NCBI RefSeq assembly: GCF_001625305.1
Contig: NW_017802379.1
Span: 4,277,479-4,341,478, forward strand
DNA length: 64,000 nucleotides
Reading direction: 5' to 3'
From: Branchiostoma belcheri
Taxonomy: Eukaryota
The notes beneath the pieces were generated by a model. That model was given only the letters and a program-made list of their open reading frames with translations, made no database searches and had not been told where the DNA came from. Every line of letters starts with the position of its first letter. Positions within the stretch are counted from its first letter, which is position 1. The translations under genes were made by a program, and so were the position numbers. Shown here one piece after another: positions 1 through 11,880 of this stretch.

Positions 1-69
1 TAACTGCATTCACCTATTACCTTGAACTGAAGTTCAATTCTCCACGAAATTGTTCGTATATTAGTTATC

Positions 70-1473
70 ATGCGGCACCAAAGCAGACATCTACACCCGG
101 CCAAGATTCTTGTCGTCCTGGGTTTGATGTTTGTCTCTCTGACGGTAGCTAGCGAAATATCAGCACTTGCCACCCTGCTTGTCCGAGGTTGTTCCATAAA
201 AGACTGGGGACAATTACCAGTGGTAGATTGTGACAACAAGGGGTTAACGAGCGTTCCAACAAAACTGCCCATGATACTGTTTAAACTTTACTTACCCAAC
301 AACCACCTGTCAACATTTCCATGTCGGAGTCTGCCCTTCCTGCACACCCTGAACCTAAGAAACAACACAATCACTGAAGTTTGCTGGGCCTGTCTGAGAG
401 ATCTGCCTAGGCTATCATACTTAGATTTGTCTTATAATAATATCTCCTGTGTCAAGCTCTTTCCGTTTCGGTTTTCCTTACGCAACCTCAACAAGTTGGA
501 CATTTCCTTTAACCGTCTGAAGACGCTGTCCTGGTGTGACTTAGGGATGACCTGGGGGGGCAGTGTTCCATATGCGGGGCTGATAGCTGGAAACCCTTTC
601 CACTGTGACTGCGACATTGCCTGGCTTATTGACATGGCAAAGGTTGCGGAACAGTGCCGGTTGGAGATAACCGTTCGCGGTATCGATGCTTGTCGTTCTG
701 AAATTGGCAAAAACGCGCTTGTCCGTGAGTTTCGCAGGGAACCGTCTTTGTTCCGCTGTAAGACACCCTCAGACCTGGTCGATGTTGAACTCTTCCGACT
801 AGATATCTCGCCATGTCGAGACTTCTGGAATCTTATGTTCCAAAATGAGACCCACGGCCCGCCTTGTCCTGCAGACGATTTCTGCCCCAGAGATGGGCAT
901 TCTAACGGCATTACTTCATCTTCGCTGCCGCCAACAACCAGTAGTTCCGGAATTGAGGAATCAAAAAGGAACCAAACTAAAATGTATCAGAATTTCCAAA
1001 ACGCGACAAATACTAGTATGCTTGACGTTAATAATGCAACCTTGGCGGCAGCAAGGACCTTCGGTCAGATTAAAGTCTCAAAAGAAATGTCTAATCCGTT
1101 AGACAAAAGTGACCAATCTTTGCCCATGACAAAAAGGCCCCCCAAACCAGACAAGTCATTTAAAGAGCCAGATACCCAGTTTTCAGGGTGGATGCTGACA
1201 ACTATAGTTGTTGTACTAATCGTTGCCACCTGTTGTGTAGTCTTGGTTGTGTACTGTATAATGGTTAAGTTCCAAGCCGGCAAACTGGCCGTCCAACCTA
1301 ACACCAACCTGCACGCTCCAGTCAATGATCAGAATAGCTGCCCCAGTGTCGTTCCGAAACCAGACTCAGACGACAGCGTTTACGAACACATTTCGGACGA
1401 CGACGAAGAAGAAGAACCTTATGCAAAGTCGTATGTTTTCGACGTTCCGCAGTATGAGATGACTAAGATTTAA
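70..1473 (+). CDS. Intronless leucine-rich-repeat type-I transmembrane protein (signal peptide, LRRNT, about 6 LRRs, LRRCT, Ser/Thr-rich N-glycosylated stalk, one TM helix, acidic cytoplasmic tail)
   Basis: Continuous 467-aa ORF starting at a real ATG. Hydrophobic N-terminus ILVVLGLMFVSLTVAS. Repeated LxxLxLxxNxI units. LRRCT motif NPFHCDCDIAWL. TM segment WMLTTIVVVLIVATCCVVLVVYCIMV. Tail SDDDEEEEPY. Confidence 0.8.
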   Translation: MRHQSRHLHPAKILVVLGLMFVSLTVASEISALATLLVRGCSIKDWGQLPVVDCDNKGLTSVPTKLPMILFKLYLPNNHLSTFPCRSLPFLHTLNLRNNTITEVCWACLRDLPRLSYLDLSYNNISCVKLFPFRFSLRNLNKLDISFNRLKTLSWCDLGMTWGGSVPYAGLIAGNPFHCDCDIAWLIDMAKVAEQCRLEITVRGIDACRSEIGKNALVREFRREPSLFRCKTPSDLVDVELFRLDISPCRDFWNLMFQNETHGPPCPADDFCPRDGHSNGITSSSLPPTTSSSGIEESKRNQTKMYQNFQNATNTSMLDVNNATLAAARTFGQIKVSKEMSNPLDKSDQSLPMTKRPPKPDKSFKEPDTQFSGWMLTTIVVVLIVATCCVVLVVYCIMVKFQAGKLAVQPNTNLHAPVNDQNSCPSVVPKPDSDDSVYEHISDDDEEEEPYAKSYVFDVPQYEMTKI

Positions 1474-3091
1474 CATGGGTGATTATTTTGGACATTCCAT
1501 GTTTCCAACTAGATTTTTTTGGTTCTGTGTTTTCAGTGATTTGTTTCAGTCCCAAATGACCCAATTGGCAAATAATGTTGTTTCAAATCTTTGAGCTTTT
1601 AGTCATGTAATCTAGTCAGATCATGGCTTTCTGCTGGAAAAATGTTGACATCTAATATTCATGTATTAACACAATGCAAATGAGAGAGATGGAAACTGCC
1701 TGGTACAAGAACAGGTATGGGAAGGACTAACTACTTAGTATTTTTTATCATGGTAACAACATAAATGATAATCATCTTATCATAGTTCAGGCACATTTTG
1801 TGTTAATTCATGTAATTGTAGAGCCAAAAATGTGGGATTTCAATATTCATTGTATTGAAATTAGGACACGTCATGATCTTGGAAACATTAGAGACAAATA
1901 GAAAAATGTTGCAATGTCATCCCTTTTGAAAACTTACTGCTATTCATTAGCACATGTAACCTGTAGTTGAAACATATTTCTGAAAATGTATGCACCCTTC
2001 ATGCAGTGTTATCAGTCAGTAATCTTAGGAGTAAGAATGACAAAGATATGACCTGACATACAGACTATGGCTGATATTATAAGACTTCAGCTGTGCAGTG
2101 TAAATATATCACATGTTGAAATGGTGTTACCCCGGTATGTGTGTAAAGGCTTGAATACAATGTTCTGTTTTTTTCATCTAAATTCTTAACTGAACAAGGA
2201 ATAACGCATGACCATAAAAAGTGTCAAATACTGTAGATTGTAACTCTAAAAGTGGTTGATGTTAGAGTACAGGTTGTGTTTTCGGTTGCTTTTTTGCTTA
2301 GCTTACCTTTATGTATGGATATGTGGGACATCAAATGGGACGTGACTCAAAGAAAAAATTGCACAACTTAATCAAAGGTTGACAACTGGATAAGATACAA
2401 TTGGTACATATTGATGATACCTGTAAGTGTGTACACTGGCTGTAGTATGGCAATAGATGAGAAACACTGAACACATAGAAGCAGACTTTAGGATGTATAT
2501 GGTTGTATATAATATATGTTGCAGAAAGAAATAAAGCACAAGATCAACACTATCATGTGGATGGACTGTTTTATTGTAGTTCATGTTTGAGATCTTGATA
2601 GTCATCTGAAGATTGAAGGGCTCTTAATTCAGACTTTCCAGCATTTTTGCCTTTTCCATCTGCATTGACATGTGTCTAACACAAGAGTTGAGCCCTTAAT
2701 TTTAGCTCCCACTGGGCAGGCATGAGACTCTCTTTTCATCTGAAATTTCCAGTCACGGCAGACTTTTTATCTGGTCAGTGAACTCATTAATTCCATGACC
2801 AATCTTAGTACCTAATTGGCTAATTAGGATCACTGCCAACCGAACAGCTGAAAATCTATCGAACCTATAGTCCAACTGTTATATTTTACCATAGTCCAAG
2901 CAGGGAACAACTGTACTACTAGCTGAAAAACAAGTACAATGTAGCATGTATTAGGGTCTTTGACCCTACCTTTGACACAAAAGCGACACATTGAGAGTTC
3001 ACCAGCATACAAAATAAAATGTGAGGGCTGTATTTTTATGTGGAAAGTTGCTTGTTTAGGTGAGTTTTTGCCAGAAAGCAGCTACATGTAG

Positions 3092-3136
3092 TTATCGCTT
3101 CTGGTCTCCCAGGTCATCAATGTTGTCTTCATCAAT
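3092..3136 (-). CDS. DENR: DENR (density-regulated protein) exon 7, terminal, encodes IDEDNIDDLGDQKR*
   Basis: Acceptor ctctatttcag. Matches the DENR C-terminus DDDSIEDLGEVKK. Stop at 3092-3094. Candidate polyA signal (AATAAA on minus) near 2570. Confidence 0.8.
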   Translation of the reverse strand: MDEDNIDDLGDQKR

Positions 3137-3326
3137 CTGAAATAGAGGGATACACAAGTTTTCATTTCTTCTACTGCACAGTATTGGCAATTTGTTTACT
3201 TATTATTCCAAATAAATAAAGAAAATGATTCTTCTACCACTGATACATAGTCTGTCTATCCATCTATCCTCTAGGCTATAACAATCCTAACACGGCTGGT
3301 TCCCAGGCTATAATGATCCTACTGAC

Positions 3327-3466
3327 CTCAGGCCACTTCTCTGGGATCACATCAAAGATGTCGTCCGTCACGTCCCCTTGAATCACGATCTCGTCCTCAT
3401 CTGTTCTGGAGGCCCCACACGCAAACCTATTGGCAAAAAATTTTCTGGCTTGCTCTAGGTCAATAT
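3327..3466 (-). CDS. DENR: DENR exon 6 (SUI1 domain: [47 protein letters not shown])
   Basis: Strong similarity to the human DENR SUI1 domain ([35 protein letters not shown]). Acceptor ttcttcccacag. Donor GAG|gtcagt. Confidence 0.9.
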
Positions 3467-4072
3467 CTGTGGGAAGAAACAGGAAAAAATTGCTTTTCAT
3501 TTGGAGCAACTACTACTAGTACTAGTACTTTTATATTGTGTCTTTTTTTGGTTATATTACAAAATCGTCTGTCAAGGGCAATTTTGATCTGTTACAATTA
3601 AAAGGGACAGGATGAACTTTTAGGTCATCCAGCACAAAAATTTCTTTATGTCTTTAAAACTTAACACATTATCAATGGTCACAGCAGCATTAATGTTGTA
3701 ATAACTATTACAACATCATACAACACACCTCACTATCCAGGCTAATATTCTACAAACCAAATATTCTGTAATACACTACACTGCACACCATGACATAGAG
3801 CAGCAGGATTCAGCCCCTTGTTCAAATAAACACGTGTAAGGCAAACACACGTGCCACAGACTTGTTTTTCTCTCCCTTCCAGGTAATCACTTTTTCACTT
3901 CAGTTGGAGGGCAGGTCTTTTATTAGCCTTAATTGCACGGTTCGACTGTAAATGGAAAACAAATTGACAAGGAACTTCCTGTCAACATGTTTTTCAGTTG
4001 GGCCTACGCTGAAATGTTAATCTGCAAAATTGCCCTGCATGCGTACAAAACATACAAAAAGATGTTTTTATG

Positions 4073-4167
4073 GGTTCACCACACCACGAAGTGGTGTGGT
4101 GAAACCATATTGCTTTTTCTGATGTTTCTTCTCCTTCTCCTCCTCCTTCTCCTCCTCCTGCCATATC
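4073..4167. repeat. Near-perfect 16-bp inverted repeat (ggttcaccacaccac-gaa-gtggtgtggtgaaacc) followed by a (CT)n/CCT microsatellite, inside DENR intron 5
   Basis: Read directly from the sequence. The palindrome is why ORFs on both strands carry the same HHTTKWCGE peptide. Confidence 0.7.
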
Positions 4168-5148
4168 TTTAAATGGATTCAGCTTCTTCATTTTAGGGCC
4201 TAAGGTCCTGAAATTTGGTATGGAGGTACAGTGGGCAAATACCCCTAGGCGTTTTTTAAATTATTGTGATACAGGCTTTTAGAATGGTTTTATTTGAGTT
4301 TTTTGGCTGTGTAATAGCTAATGTATTACTGTGTAAGTGTGCAGTGTTTACCACATTTGGACATGAGTCATCACAATGGCATGCAAGGCATCAACCAATA
4401 GGCATGCAGCTTTCCTCTATTCTCCTTGCTGATTGGCTGTTGGGATTTAACTGGCTTAACTTCATTTACACCTGCACAGAGCCATGCCATACTGACAGTA
4501 TGTCTGTATTCAAGTGTTTTGGTAGGTATTTTAAGCTTTCCTGCTCCAGCATTGGAATGCGGGCTATGAACGCTTCTTTTTATCTTGAAAATCAACAGTT
4601 TGCATTATGCAATCCTAACCAATAATGTAGGGAATAGCTATCCAACTGTTGTAGTCTTAGTTGTATGTTACTTCATACTATAGTTATATCAATGTAAAGC
4701 ATTGTTTTCCCTTGTGTTTCTCATTCTTTCCCTGCCATGTGGTAAAATGTGGTGAACCCATCGCTGTATTTGCTCCAAAGCAAATATTGGCCTTTCTAGT
4801 TGGTACTTCTTTTTGTTGGGAGAACAGAGAATAGAGCTGTGGTAACATGTTATTACACGAAATTGGCTGGTAAACATTTGTATCATCTGATTGTCTACAA
4901 GTCTTCAACTGTCTAAAATCCATTCATTGTGTCATGTAAATGAACATTAGAAAGAAGCTACGAAGGAACCTAAGATTATGATGAATGTAAAAATTAAAAA
5001 CGTCAGGAAATAACCTTATTCCTTACAATTTTATTACTATTTCTTTGTTACTACATGTATATTCTTTGATGGGTTTGGTTTCACAATATCATTTTCCAGC
5101 AGTGTAATTCCCACCAAAATATGGTTGGAAAGAGGAAAGCAGGCTCAC

Positions 5149-5265
5149 CATATGTAGCTAACCCGCGTATCCTGGTCACATATTTCTTCTTGTTTCTCTG
5201 TACCCGTGCGATCGTCACCCCCTGTGGCTCCGCCTTCTTCTTGATTTTGATGTTGCCTCTGCCAC
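5149..5265 (-). CDS. DENR: DENR exon 5 ([39 protein letters not shown])
   Basis: Matches human [31 protein letters not shown]. Acceptor ctccaacag. Donor TATG|gtgagc. Phase-consistent with the flanking exons. Confidence 0.85.
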
Positions 5266-5594
5266 CTGTTGGAGGGATGGGACAAGGCAAAATACAACCA
5301 GCTTGATTGTGATTCTACATGGCTGAAATATGAAGAATGACAGGTAAGGTGAAGTCATCTCCACATAGGAGAAGCATGACGCCTTTTCAAGTAGCTAGCA
5401 GCAGTCAATGCAGTTGTGCTATGGCTCACATTTTTTCAGCCAAGCACACCAGGACACCCCTACTCTTCTTGATAATTGTGTTGGGTTCTTTTACAAACAG
5501 AGATTTGAACACAAGGCCACTGACAATATATGTCTCCATCTGAAAGTATCAATGCAAAGACTGCCTAAAACTAGTAAAAGTACAAGAAACTGAC

Positions 5595-5654
5595 CTCTCT
5601 TTTGTCTTCCCTTCTTGTCTGTGTCTCCTGTGTCTCCTCCTTCTGGGGGTTTCT
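5595..5654 (-). CDS. DENR: DENR exon 4 (acidic/basic linker EKPPEGGDTGDTDKKGRQKR)
   Basis: Acceptor ctgtcttgcag. Donor GAGAG|gtcagt. 60 nt and phase-consistent. Confidence 0.75.
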
Positions 5655-5848
5655 CTGCAAGACAGGAAAGAAACTACATGTATTAGTAATTTGTAGAAGA
5701 AACCTATAGATCCATTATGGCATAATACATGGCAACACAGCTATTAGAAGTAAATACTGAAAACCAACACTAAGTCTAAAGAATTACCAAGAGGAATCAA
5801 CATTGAGAAAGAAAAAAAAAAACAATGCAGAAATATTGCTATCCATAC

Positions 5849-5936
5849 CTGAGAGATATAACTTGCCAAATTCGGAGGGCAGGTTCTTCTCTAACCAGGC
5901 TTTACACTTGTCATTGTTTGGCATGTACTCACAGTA
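5849..5936 (-). CDS. DENR: DENR exon 3 ([29 protein letters not shown], zinc-binding region)
   Basis: Matches human [26 protein letters not shown]. Acceptor tctaccaacag. Donor TCAG|gtatgg. Confidence 0.85.
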
Positions 5937-6246
5937 CTGTTGGTAGATGAGGAAACAGGAAGTTAGATTATTTTGGCATTAAACTCATTTATGCTACATT
6001 AGTATTTTATGGACAATACAATCTTTAATACTAGTACTCAAATTAATTGTTATCCACACTTTACATTTACATCTTTTCAAAACACCAAAAGAGACACTTG
6101 CATATTCTTTCTACAGTGTCACAGTTAGGAAATCATGCAACGTCATTGATCACTGATGTGCAGTACTGATGCACAGCAGCAGGTGGGGCTGCTACACAGC
6201 AGCCTTGCTTCTCTATAGTCACAAAGGTTCAGCTAGAAAGCCTTAC

Positions 6247-6266
6247 CTCTACTGGTAGTGTGCATT
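6247..6266 (-). CDS. DENR: DENR exon 2, a 20-nt microexon (ECTLPVE)
   Basis: cag|AATGCACACTACCAGTAGAG|gtaagg. Restores the frame between exons 1 and 3 and gives YCGECTLPVEYCEYMP, matching human YCGVCSLPTEYCEYMP. Confidence 0.7.
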
Positions 6267-6485
6267 CTGAAATTGAGGCAAAAGAAAGACACATTAGAAA
6301 ACATGTCTTGACTTGATGTGAAAACTAAAACTGGTCCCTGTCAATGTAAGTAGAACTGTACTATTGCATGTGTATATCAATAAAGAAAAATGTGCTTCAC
6401 TGAACAAAGTCAGCAGCTTACTTCTCCAAAATTATTCTTAGCCATAAGGATGAAGGATTTTGTCAGTATCTTTTATGTTACCTAC

Positions 6486-6576
6486 CTCCACAGTATAAGA
6501 TCCTTAGAGGATATGATACATTTTTCTTTGGTGCTTTTGCTCCAGCCTCTGCTTCGGCTTCTTCTGTGGAAGCCAT
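6486..6576 (-). CDS. DENR: DENR exon 1 (MASTEEAEAEAGAKAPKKNVSYPLRILYCG)
   Basis: ATG at 6576-6574. Donor GGAG|gtaggt. Matches human DENR ...DYPLRVLYCG. Confidence 0.8.
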
Positions 6577-8119
6577 GTCCTTTCTGGGAAACAAAATTGA
6601 TTGACAATTGATTACAGATCTATGCTGGAAAAATGACAGTGGAACAAACTTGCTTCTACAATCATTATGCTACTTCTAATAATGAAAGAACCTACAGTAA
6701 CAGTTACACTGAAAAACTTCAAGTAGCCTCTTTGCAAGTGCCATGCACTTATTTGTTTTGATAGGGGAAGCCTCAGAAATTCTATTTCCCAATGTCGCTC
6801 AAATTCAAAAGTCTTTTCATAAATAACAGTTTCATAATTTGTAAATCTATCTGTAGTGACTTTGGTATGTCCAGATCATACCTTATCAGATTAACAAGTC
6901 CAAAAGATCACAACAACCTTTGAAAGGTACTCCTGTCATAATCTATTAATTCATTCTCCTCCTAGGATGAGGATGCTTCATACTAACCAAAGCTGAGAAC
7001 AAACAAAAGAAAACAGTACAAACACATACTGTTCACCACAAATGTTTATTTCTTTGGGTATTGCATGTCATTCTAATCTAATGAAACAGATGTACATATT
7101 GCAGCAAATACAACATGCCTTATAGCAACTGAGAAATGTATATGAAACAAGTGGTAATCTACAGCTAGCACTAAATAGCTGTGACCAAGATTGGATATTT
7201 TGGCCCCGTTTCAAAGTGCTCATATGACAAAACAGAAAAAACATTCAGACAAACTATATACATTGGCACATGTACCACTCAAGTCTGTTTAAGTTGGCAA
7301 TATATTCTCACTCTTAACTCCTCATGGCTAGTAAATCTGCATTCTGTTTAGTAACACTGAAGATAGATATCTATATCCTTACTTAAAATTGTCCACCAGG
7401 TTGAGTCTATAGATCTCTTGGCTAGTATATTATGTATATAATGTATTATGAAGGTAAATTTGACATGAAAATACAGATAAAATGAACAATAACCTTATCA
7501 ACATTAAAACAATATCTTAAGTGTGATAAAGATGATCTACGATTGTTTTACTAGGGTAGAATTCTTACATAGTCATGATCATTACTTTCCAACTTTGGCT
7601 TGTTTTTCAAATGGCACTGTTACAAAATGGCAACAGGTAATGTGTCCCAGCACTAGAGTACAACTAATCAGCACCAGTATTAGAGGGATCTTTGAAGCTA
7701 AACTCACTCTCTACTGCATGGTAATGCATTAAATGCCCTGTAAATATATCATGATTAGATTTTTCATTGTACACAATCAAACACAACAATTCTGCTTTCC
7801 TTACTTGCTTTTAGTTTTGACAATATGCATACTGGTCCCAGGATATAATATATACAGTTCTTGTACCAGTTTTATAATTCATGACTGACTACAGTATAAC
7901 ACAGAGACAATCCAAATGTAACTAATTGTCAGTTTTCAGCACACTAGATCTGGTAACATCTACATGTTAACACTAGCATGTTTTATTTTCATTGTACAAT
8001 ACAGGATCTATAATCCAAACAAGGCAGTTTGGTGTACAGTTCTCACTTAGCAAAACAGAATATTTCTGTCTGCGATTGCAACCCAACAACATCAGTGACT
8101 TAAAAAAAAAACTAGATTT

Positions 8120-9643
8120 CTATTTAATCTTCCTCTTGCTGTACAGCACTTTTTCAAAGGTTAGAGTCAGTTGAACTGAACAGTACATGGAAGCCAGAAG
8201 CTTTACTGTGACAAAGGGGAAGCCCGAAATGAAAAACTTATCGAAGTACACATAACCAGCGCTGGTCCCTCCAAGGAAGACTAAGTTAAACAGGATGAGG
8301 AAGGCTAGGATGGGAGCGTTACACAGTGCCTTCAACCTCCTCTGGTTCTGAGGTGAGAGTTGGCTTGTGTAATGTTGTACTGTGGCCGTCTTTGCAATGA
8401 TGGCGCCGGTAGATTCCACCACGATGCCAGTCCAGTTGAGGAGTCCCCATGCGATAAGATAGTACTGTCCACCGTGCCAGTAGCACACCATCCCGAAACA
8501 AGCTGCTGACGCCAGCAGCTGACGCACGATGCCCTTGTGAGACCCGCCCAGTGGTATGTAGATATATCGGACCAGGAAGGTGTGCAGGCCATTGTCGAAG
8601 TACCTCCACATGGCCGTAAACGTGTACAGCGCGCTGACGCATCGCGGGAACATCGGAGGTTCAATCCCATCCAGCATGGCAATGGTTGACGAGAAGCCAT
8701 AGAGGACCATGTACTTGACATGGAAGAACTGCACGTGAAGGTACCCTATACCGGTCACTTCCATCAGGGGCAGGTTTTCCAAGATGGAGATTTGCTGTTC
8801 AAGTTCACAGAAGTACAGCAGATGATACGCAGCCTCGGTGATGATGGCCCATATCGTAACACGGCACGCGCACCATGCAACACGTTCCAAGCGTGTCTTG
8901 TCCAACAGGATGGGATGTTTGATGTACTCGTGGAATGTGTTGTACGTGATGACAGGGCCATTGAAGAACAGGGGAATGTAGAAGTTGAACAAGAGGAAGT
9001 CAAACAGAGAATATGCCTTCTGGTCCCTGCGAAGTTTGCAGACTTCCAGGCTGAAGCTGAGCTGTCGGAGAATTGACATAGCCGCGGTGAAAAGTAGTAG
9101 ATAGTACGTGCTCTCGTCCTCCCCTGATAATGTGTACTGAAGTACTTTGAAAAGGCTGGAGTTGAGTGTGGCCACGATAAATATTCCTACCCCCCAGCAT
9201 AGGAGCGCTGACCGCAACAATGCAGCAGCGTAAAACACCATACAGTGGGCAAGAAGCACACAAAGAGGCTTCCACCCAAGCACTAAGTACAGGCACAGGA
9301 AACTGTAGGCTAAGTACGCTTCTCTTCTGTATTTTGAGAGGAACATTGACATCAGTCTACTGACCACGATATGGCCTACGAAACAAAACACAAGTCCTTC
9401 TTTTAAGTGCGTCTGCCAGAACACCCACTCAAAGTCTGCTATGTCCTTTTTTCTTCCTAGGAATGGTAGGAAGCTTGACTGGTCCAACTCTAGATCCTCA
9501 AAGAGGGTGTCCTCCATCTCCTTTGATAAGACATAGACCACATAGATGGAATAGAAAGCTGGACCACAGAATCCCAGAAAGTACAGGAGCATTTCAATCC
9601 TGGGAAGGCGGGCGGTGTCGGCAGACATCTTGCCTGAAGCCAT
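8120..9643 (-). CDS. HHAT: Hedgehog acyltransferase (HHAT / skinny hedgehog-like MBOAT), intronless
   Basis: 507-aa multi-pass membrane ORF with a real ATG. Motifs KKDIADFEWVFW, AMWRYFDNGLHTFLVRYIYIPLGGSHKG and YWHGGQYYLIAWGLLNWTGIVVE match human HHAT (KKDATDFEWSFW, GMWRYFDVGLHNFLIRYVYIPVGGSQHG, YWHGGYDYLWCWAALNWLGVTVE). The catalytic Asp and His residues are present. Confidence 0.85.
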   Translation of the reverse strand: MASGKMSADTARLPRIEMLLYFLGFCGPAFYSIYVVYVLSKEMEDTLFEDLELDQSSFLPFLGRKKDIADFEWVFWQTHLKEGLVFCFVGHIVVSRLMSMFLSKYRREAYLAYSFLCLYLVLGWKPLCVLLAHCMVFYAAALLRSALLCWGVGIFIVATLNSSLFKVLQYTLSGEDESTYYLLLFTAAMSILRQLSFSLEVCKLRRDQKAYSLFDFLLFNFYIPLFFNGPVITYNTFHEYIKHPILLDKTRLERVAWCACRVTIWAIITEAAYHLLYFCELEQQISILENLPLMEVTGIGYLHVQFFHVKYMVLYGFSSTIAMLDGIEPPMFPRCVSALYTFTAMWRYFDNGLHTFLVRYIYIPLGGSHKGIVRQLLASAACFGMVCYWHGGQYYLIAWGLLNWTGIVVESTGAIIAKTATVQHYTSQLSPQNQRRLKALCNAPILAFLILFNLVFLGGTSAGYVYFDKFFISGFPFVTVKLLASMYCSVQLTLTFEKVLYSKRKIK

Positions 9644-10679
9644 GGCTGGGGAGGCTTTGTCAAAACCAGTCCACGGCGTATATGCAAATTCCGGGATTGT
9701 TCACCTGGTAATTTCCAGCCGAGTACAGCCAACCATCTGCAAGAACAGGCCACAAGATTCTCTCAGTATTTGACGTCAAAACGTGAGCAACCATGGCAAA
9801 TGCCATGAAGGGAAAGTTTGACAAGACGCACATTGGACACAACGAAGGTACACAGTCCTGCTCTGTTTTTGTTTGTTTGTTTGAATGCATTACATCATGA
9901 CCACCTTATGGCTTCTGTCCATCATCAACAGTTGACTTCACCTGACAACATTTTGCAATTTTTACCACACCCGTATTTTTGCCAATGCCATATCTGTTGT
10001 ATGTTTTAAAGAAAACAAAAACACTACCACTGACACTAGGTCCATTTTCTTTTTGCAGTTCCCTTTGTAGAACATTAATATTTTAGTATTGTGTGACATA
10101 CTATATTTTAGTCTGTGTATTGTACTGTATCATATGGAATATGTAGATCAGTGATATAGTGTGGAGGGTTGGTGATTTGGTGGTGTGGTGAGTGTTTCAT
10201 GTAGATAAAAAAAAACATTTCTTTGAGAAAATTTCCTTCTCATAAATCATGACAAGGAAATTTCCTCACATGAATAATTTTATTTTTTAATGATGTGCAC
10301 GTGAACATGTGTTGATGGTTTTACAAATCATCAACACTTAAACATACGTTAGGTTCAGTAGAATGGCACATTTTAAGCGACACAATTGTGGCACATACAC
10401 GTTTTTAACCTTGTTTCGTTAAACATGACGTGTCTTATTATGACTGGTTCCTACTACCCCCCTCCCCTTTCAACAAAAAGCATGTAATATCATGTATGGA
10501 ACTCGCGTGGTTCACATGCCGCAAATCACAGTAAGTTTTTCACACCATTAAACCCATCATTGCTCCTTACATTTTACTATTTTGAGTGAATGGCTCTTAT
10601 CTACATAGTCTAAGAAAAAAATCCCGTAAATGTGTTTCTGTGTGATGAAAATCGATGAAAACTTACCAGAAATTTCGCA

Positions 10680-10880
10680 AAATGTAACAAGATGGTTGGA
10701 GCTGAGCTCGCCTTAGGTCATGCTCATCGCGCAGGCGCCGTGACCCGACGCATGCGCTCTACCCGGCGTTCGAGTTCAAACAGAAATTCAAATTTCCCAG
10801 CGGCGACTGTTGTGTTTTTGTGTACTTTTACTCAGGATTTCAACCCTTAAGAACGGACTCCTGACCGTTGGTATTGCTTC
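10680..10880 (+). promoter_or_regulatory. CpG-rich putative promoter / non-coding first exon of the downstream coiled-coil gene (candidate donor cag|gttagt at about 10877), divergent from HHAT
   Basis: A locally CpG-dense island (gcgcaggcgccgtgacccgacgcatgcgctctacccggcg) in otherwise AT-rich sequence. The position fits. The evidence is weak. Confidence 0.3.
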
Positions 10881-11777
10881 CAGGTTAGTAGAACGTGTCA
10901 GTCTGTCAGTAGCCTTCCGTTTAGGGTCTAGACATCTGTACAGGCTGTGAAATAAGCGATTGTTTGCGCTCTGAAAAGTCGCTTGGTCCCAAAAAAGTCG
11001 TCTGTACAGCTGGTGTCGGCCTGATCAAAGTTTGTTTTCAAAACTTCAGCAACTGATCGATTCGTGTAGAGGCAGTTAAGTTTCATTCTTTCAAAAAGAC
11101 GTGATTTACATAAAAGCATTTGACCTTGTCATTTTAAACAAGTAGATGGTTTATAATATTTGTTGTAATTTTTGGAAGACAATTTTGTGTCACTCAAGAA
11201 GTCGTTAGATGTTTATGACACCTGCTCGTGATAATTTGCTTCTTTTCAAACTCCATCAGGATACGGAAGACCCACTAACAATCAAACAACAGGGAAACAA
11301 AGAAATCCCAAGCATTTAAGAATTGGGAAACTAACATATTTTTTCATTTGCATCCCCTATATCAAGGTAATAAAAAAGTACATAATTTTTTAACAATAGA
11401 TGTCCTGTTCTGTACCACCATAAATTCTAGTCAAATTACAACACCCTGATGCTTGCCCTGTGTTTAAGCTTCATTTGCATGTCTTTGTAGTCGTATTGGC
11501 TATTTCAACATGGAAGAGAAATGTGTATCCATGCGTTCATGTTGGATTAACAGGTGTTATCTGCAACAAATTTTCACAAAAGTCTTCCATAATTCCAAAT
11601 TGTTTCCTGGTCACTCCAGAATCACCAAGATCACCAATCATTAACGAAAAGAGTAAACCCAATAAGAAGTCATCACACACAAATTTATGAAGCTCAGTCA
11701 TTAGACTTTTGTGTGTCCATAGTAACCACTAACCGCGCTGTTATTTCTTCCCAATATTACTTCTCACCCGACCAGAG

Positions 11778-11880
11778 ATGGACCACGCCCCCACTTCACC
11801 CGCCCGAGGCTCGCCGTTTAGCGGACGGAAGGACTACAGCGGCGCCGGGAACAGGAGCGCGGATGGCAGTATTGTCAGAA
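11778..11880 (+). CDS. Coiled-coil gene (CCDC62-like?) exon 1, ATG start (MDHAPTSPARGSPFSGRKDYSGAGNRSADGSIVR)
   Basis: ATG at 11778. Donor A|gtatga. Phase 1 matches exon 2. Confidence 0.6.

Noticed and set aside
3933-4191. ORFs on both strands containing HHTTKWCGE/HHTTSWCGEP. WCG is the PLA2 Ca-loop motif.
   Set aside because: Produced by a near-perfect 16-bp palindrome (ggttcaccacaccac/gtggtgtggtgaaacc) in a DENR intron. No other PLA2 features.
432-9296. Numerous 60-160-aa ORFs antisense to or out of frame within the LRR, HHAT, KLHL and PLSCR coding regions (e.g. 432-911, 8319-8721, 8720-9076, 32182-33036).
   Set aside because: They overlap well-supported CDSs in other frames, lack motifs, and are typical shadow ORFs.
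10686-10850. ATG-initiated ORF MVGAELALGHAHRAGAVTRRMRSTRR... in the CpG-rich patch upstream of the coiled-coil gene.
   Set aside because: Short, low complexity, terminates before the candidate donor. More likely a uORF or 5' UTR than a coding exon.
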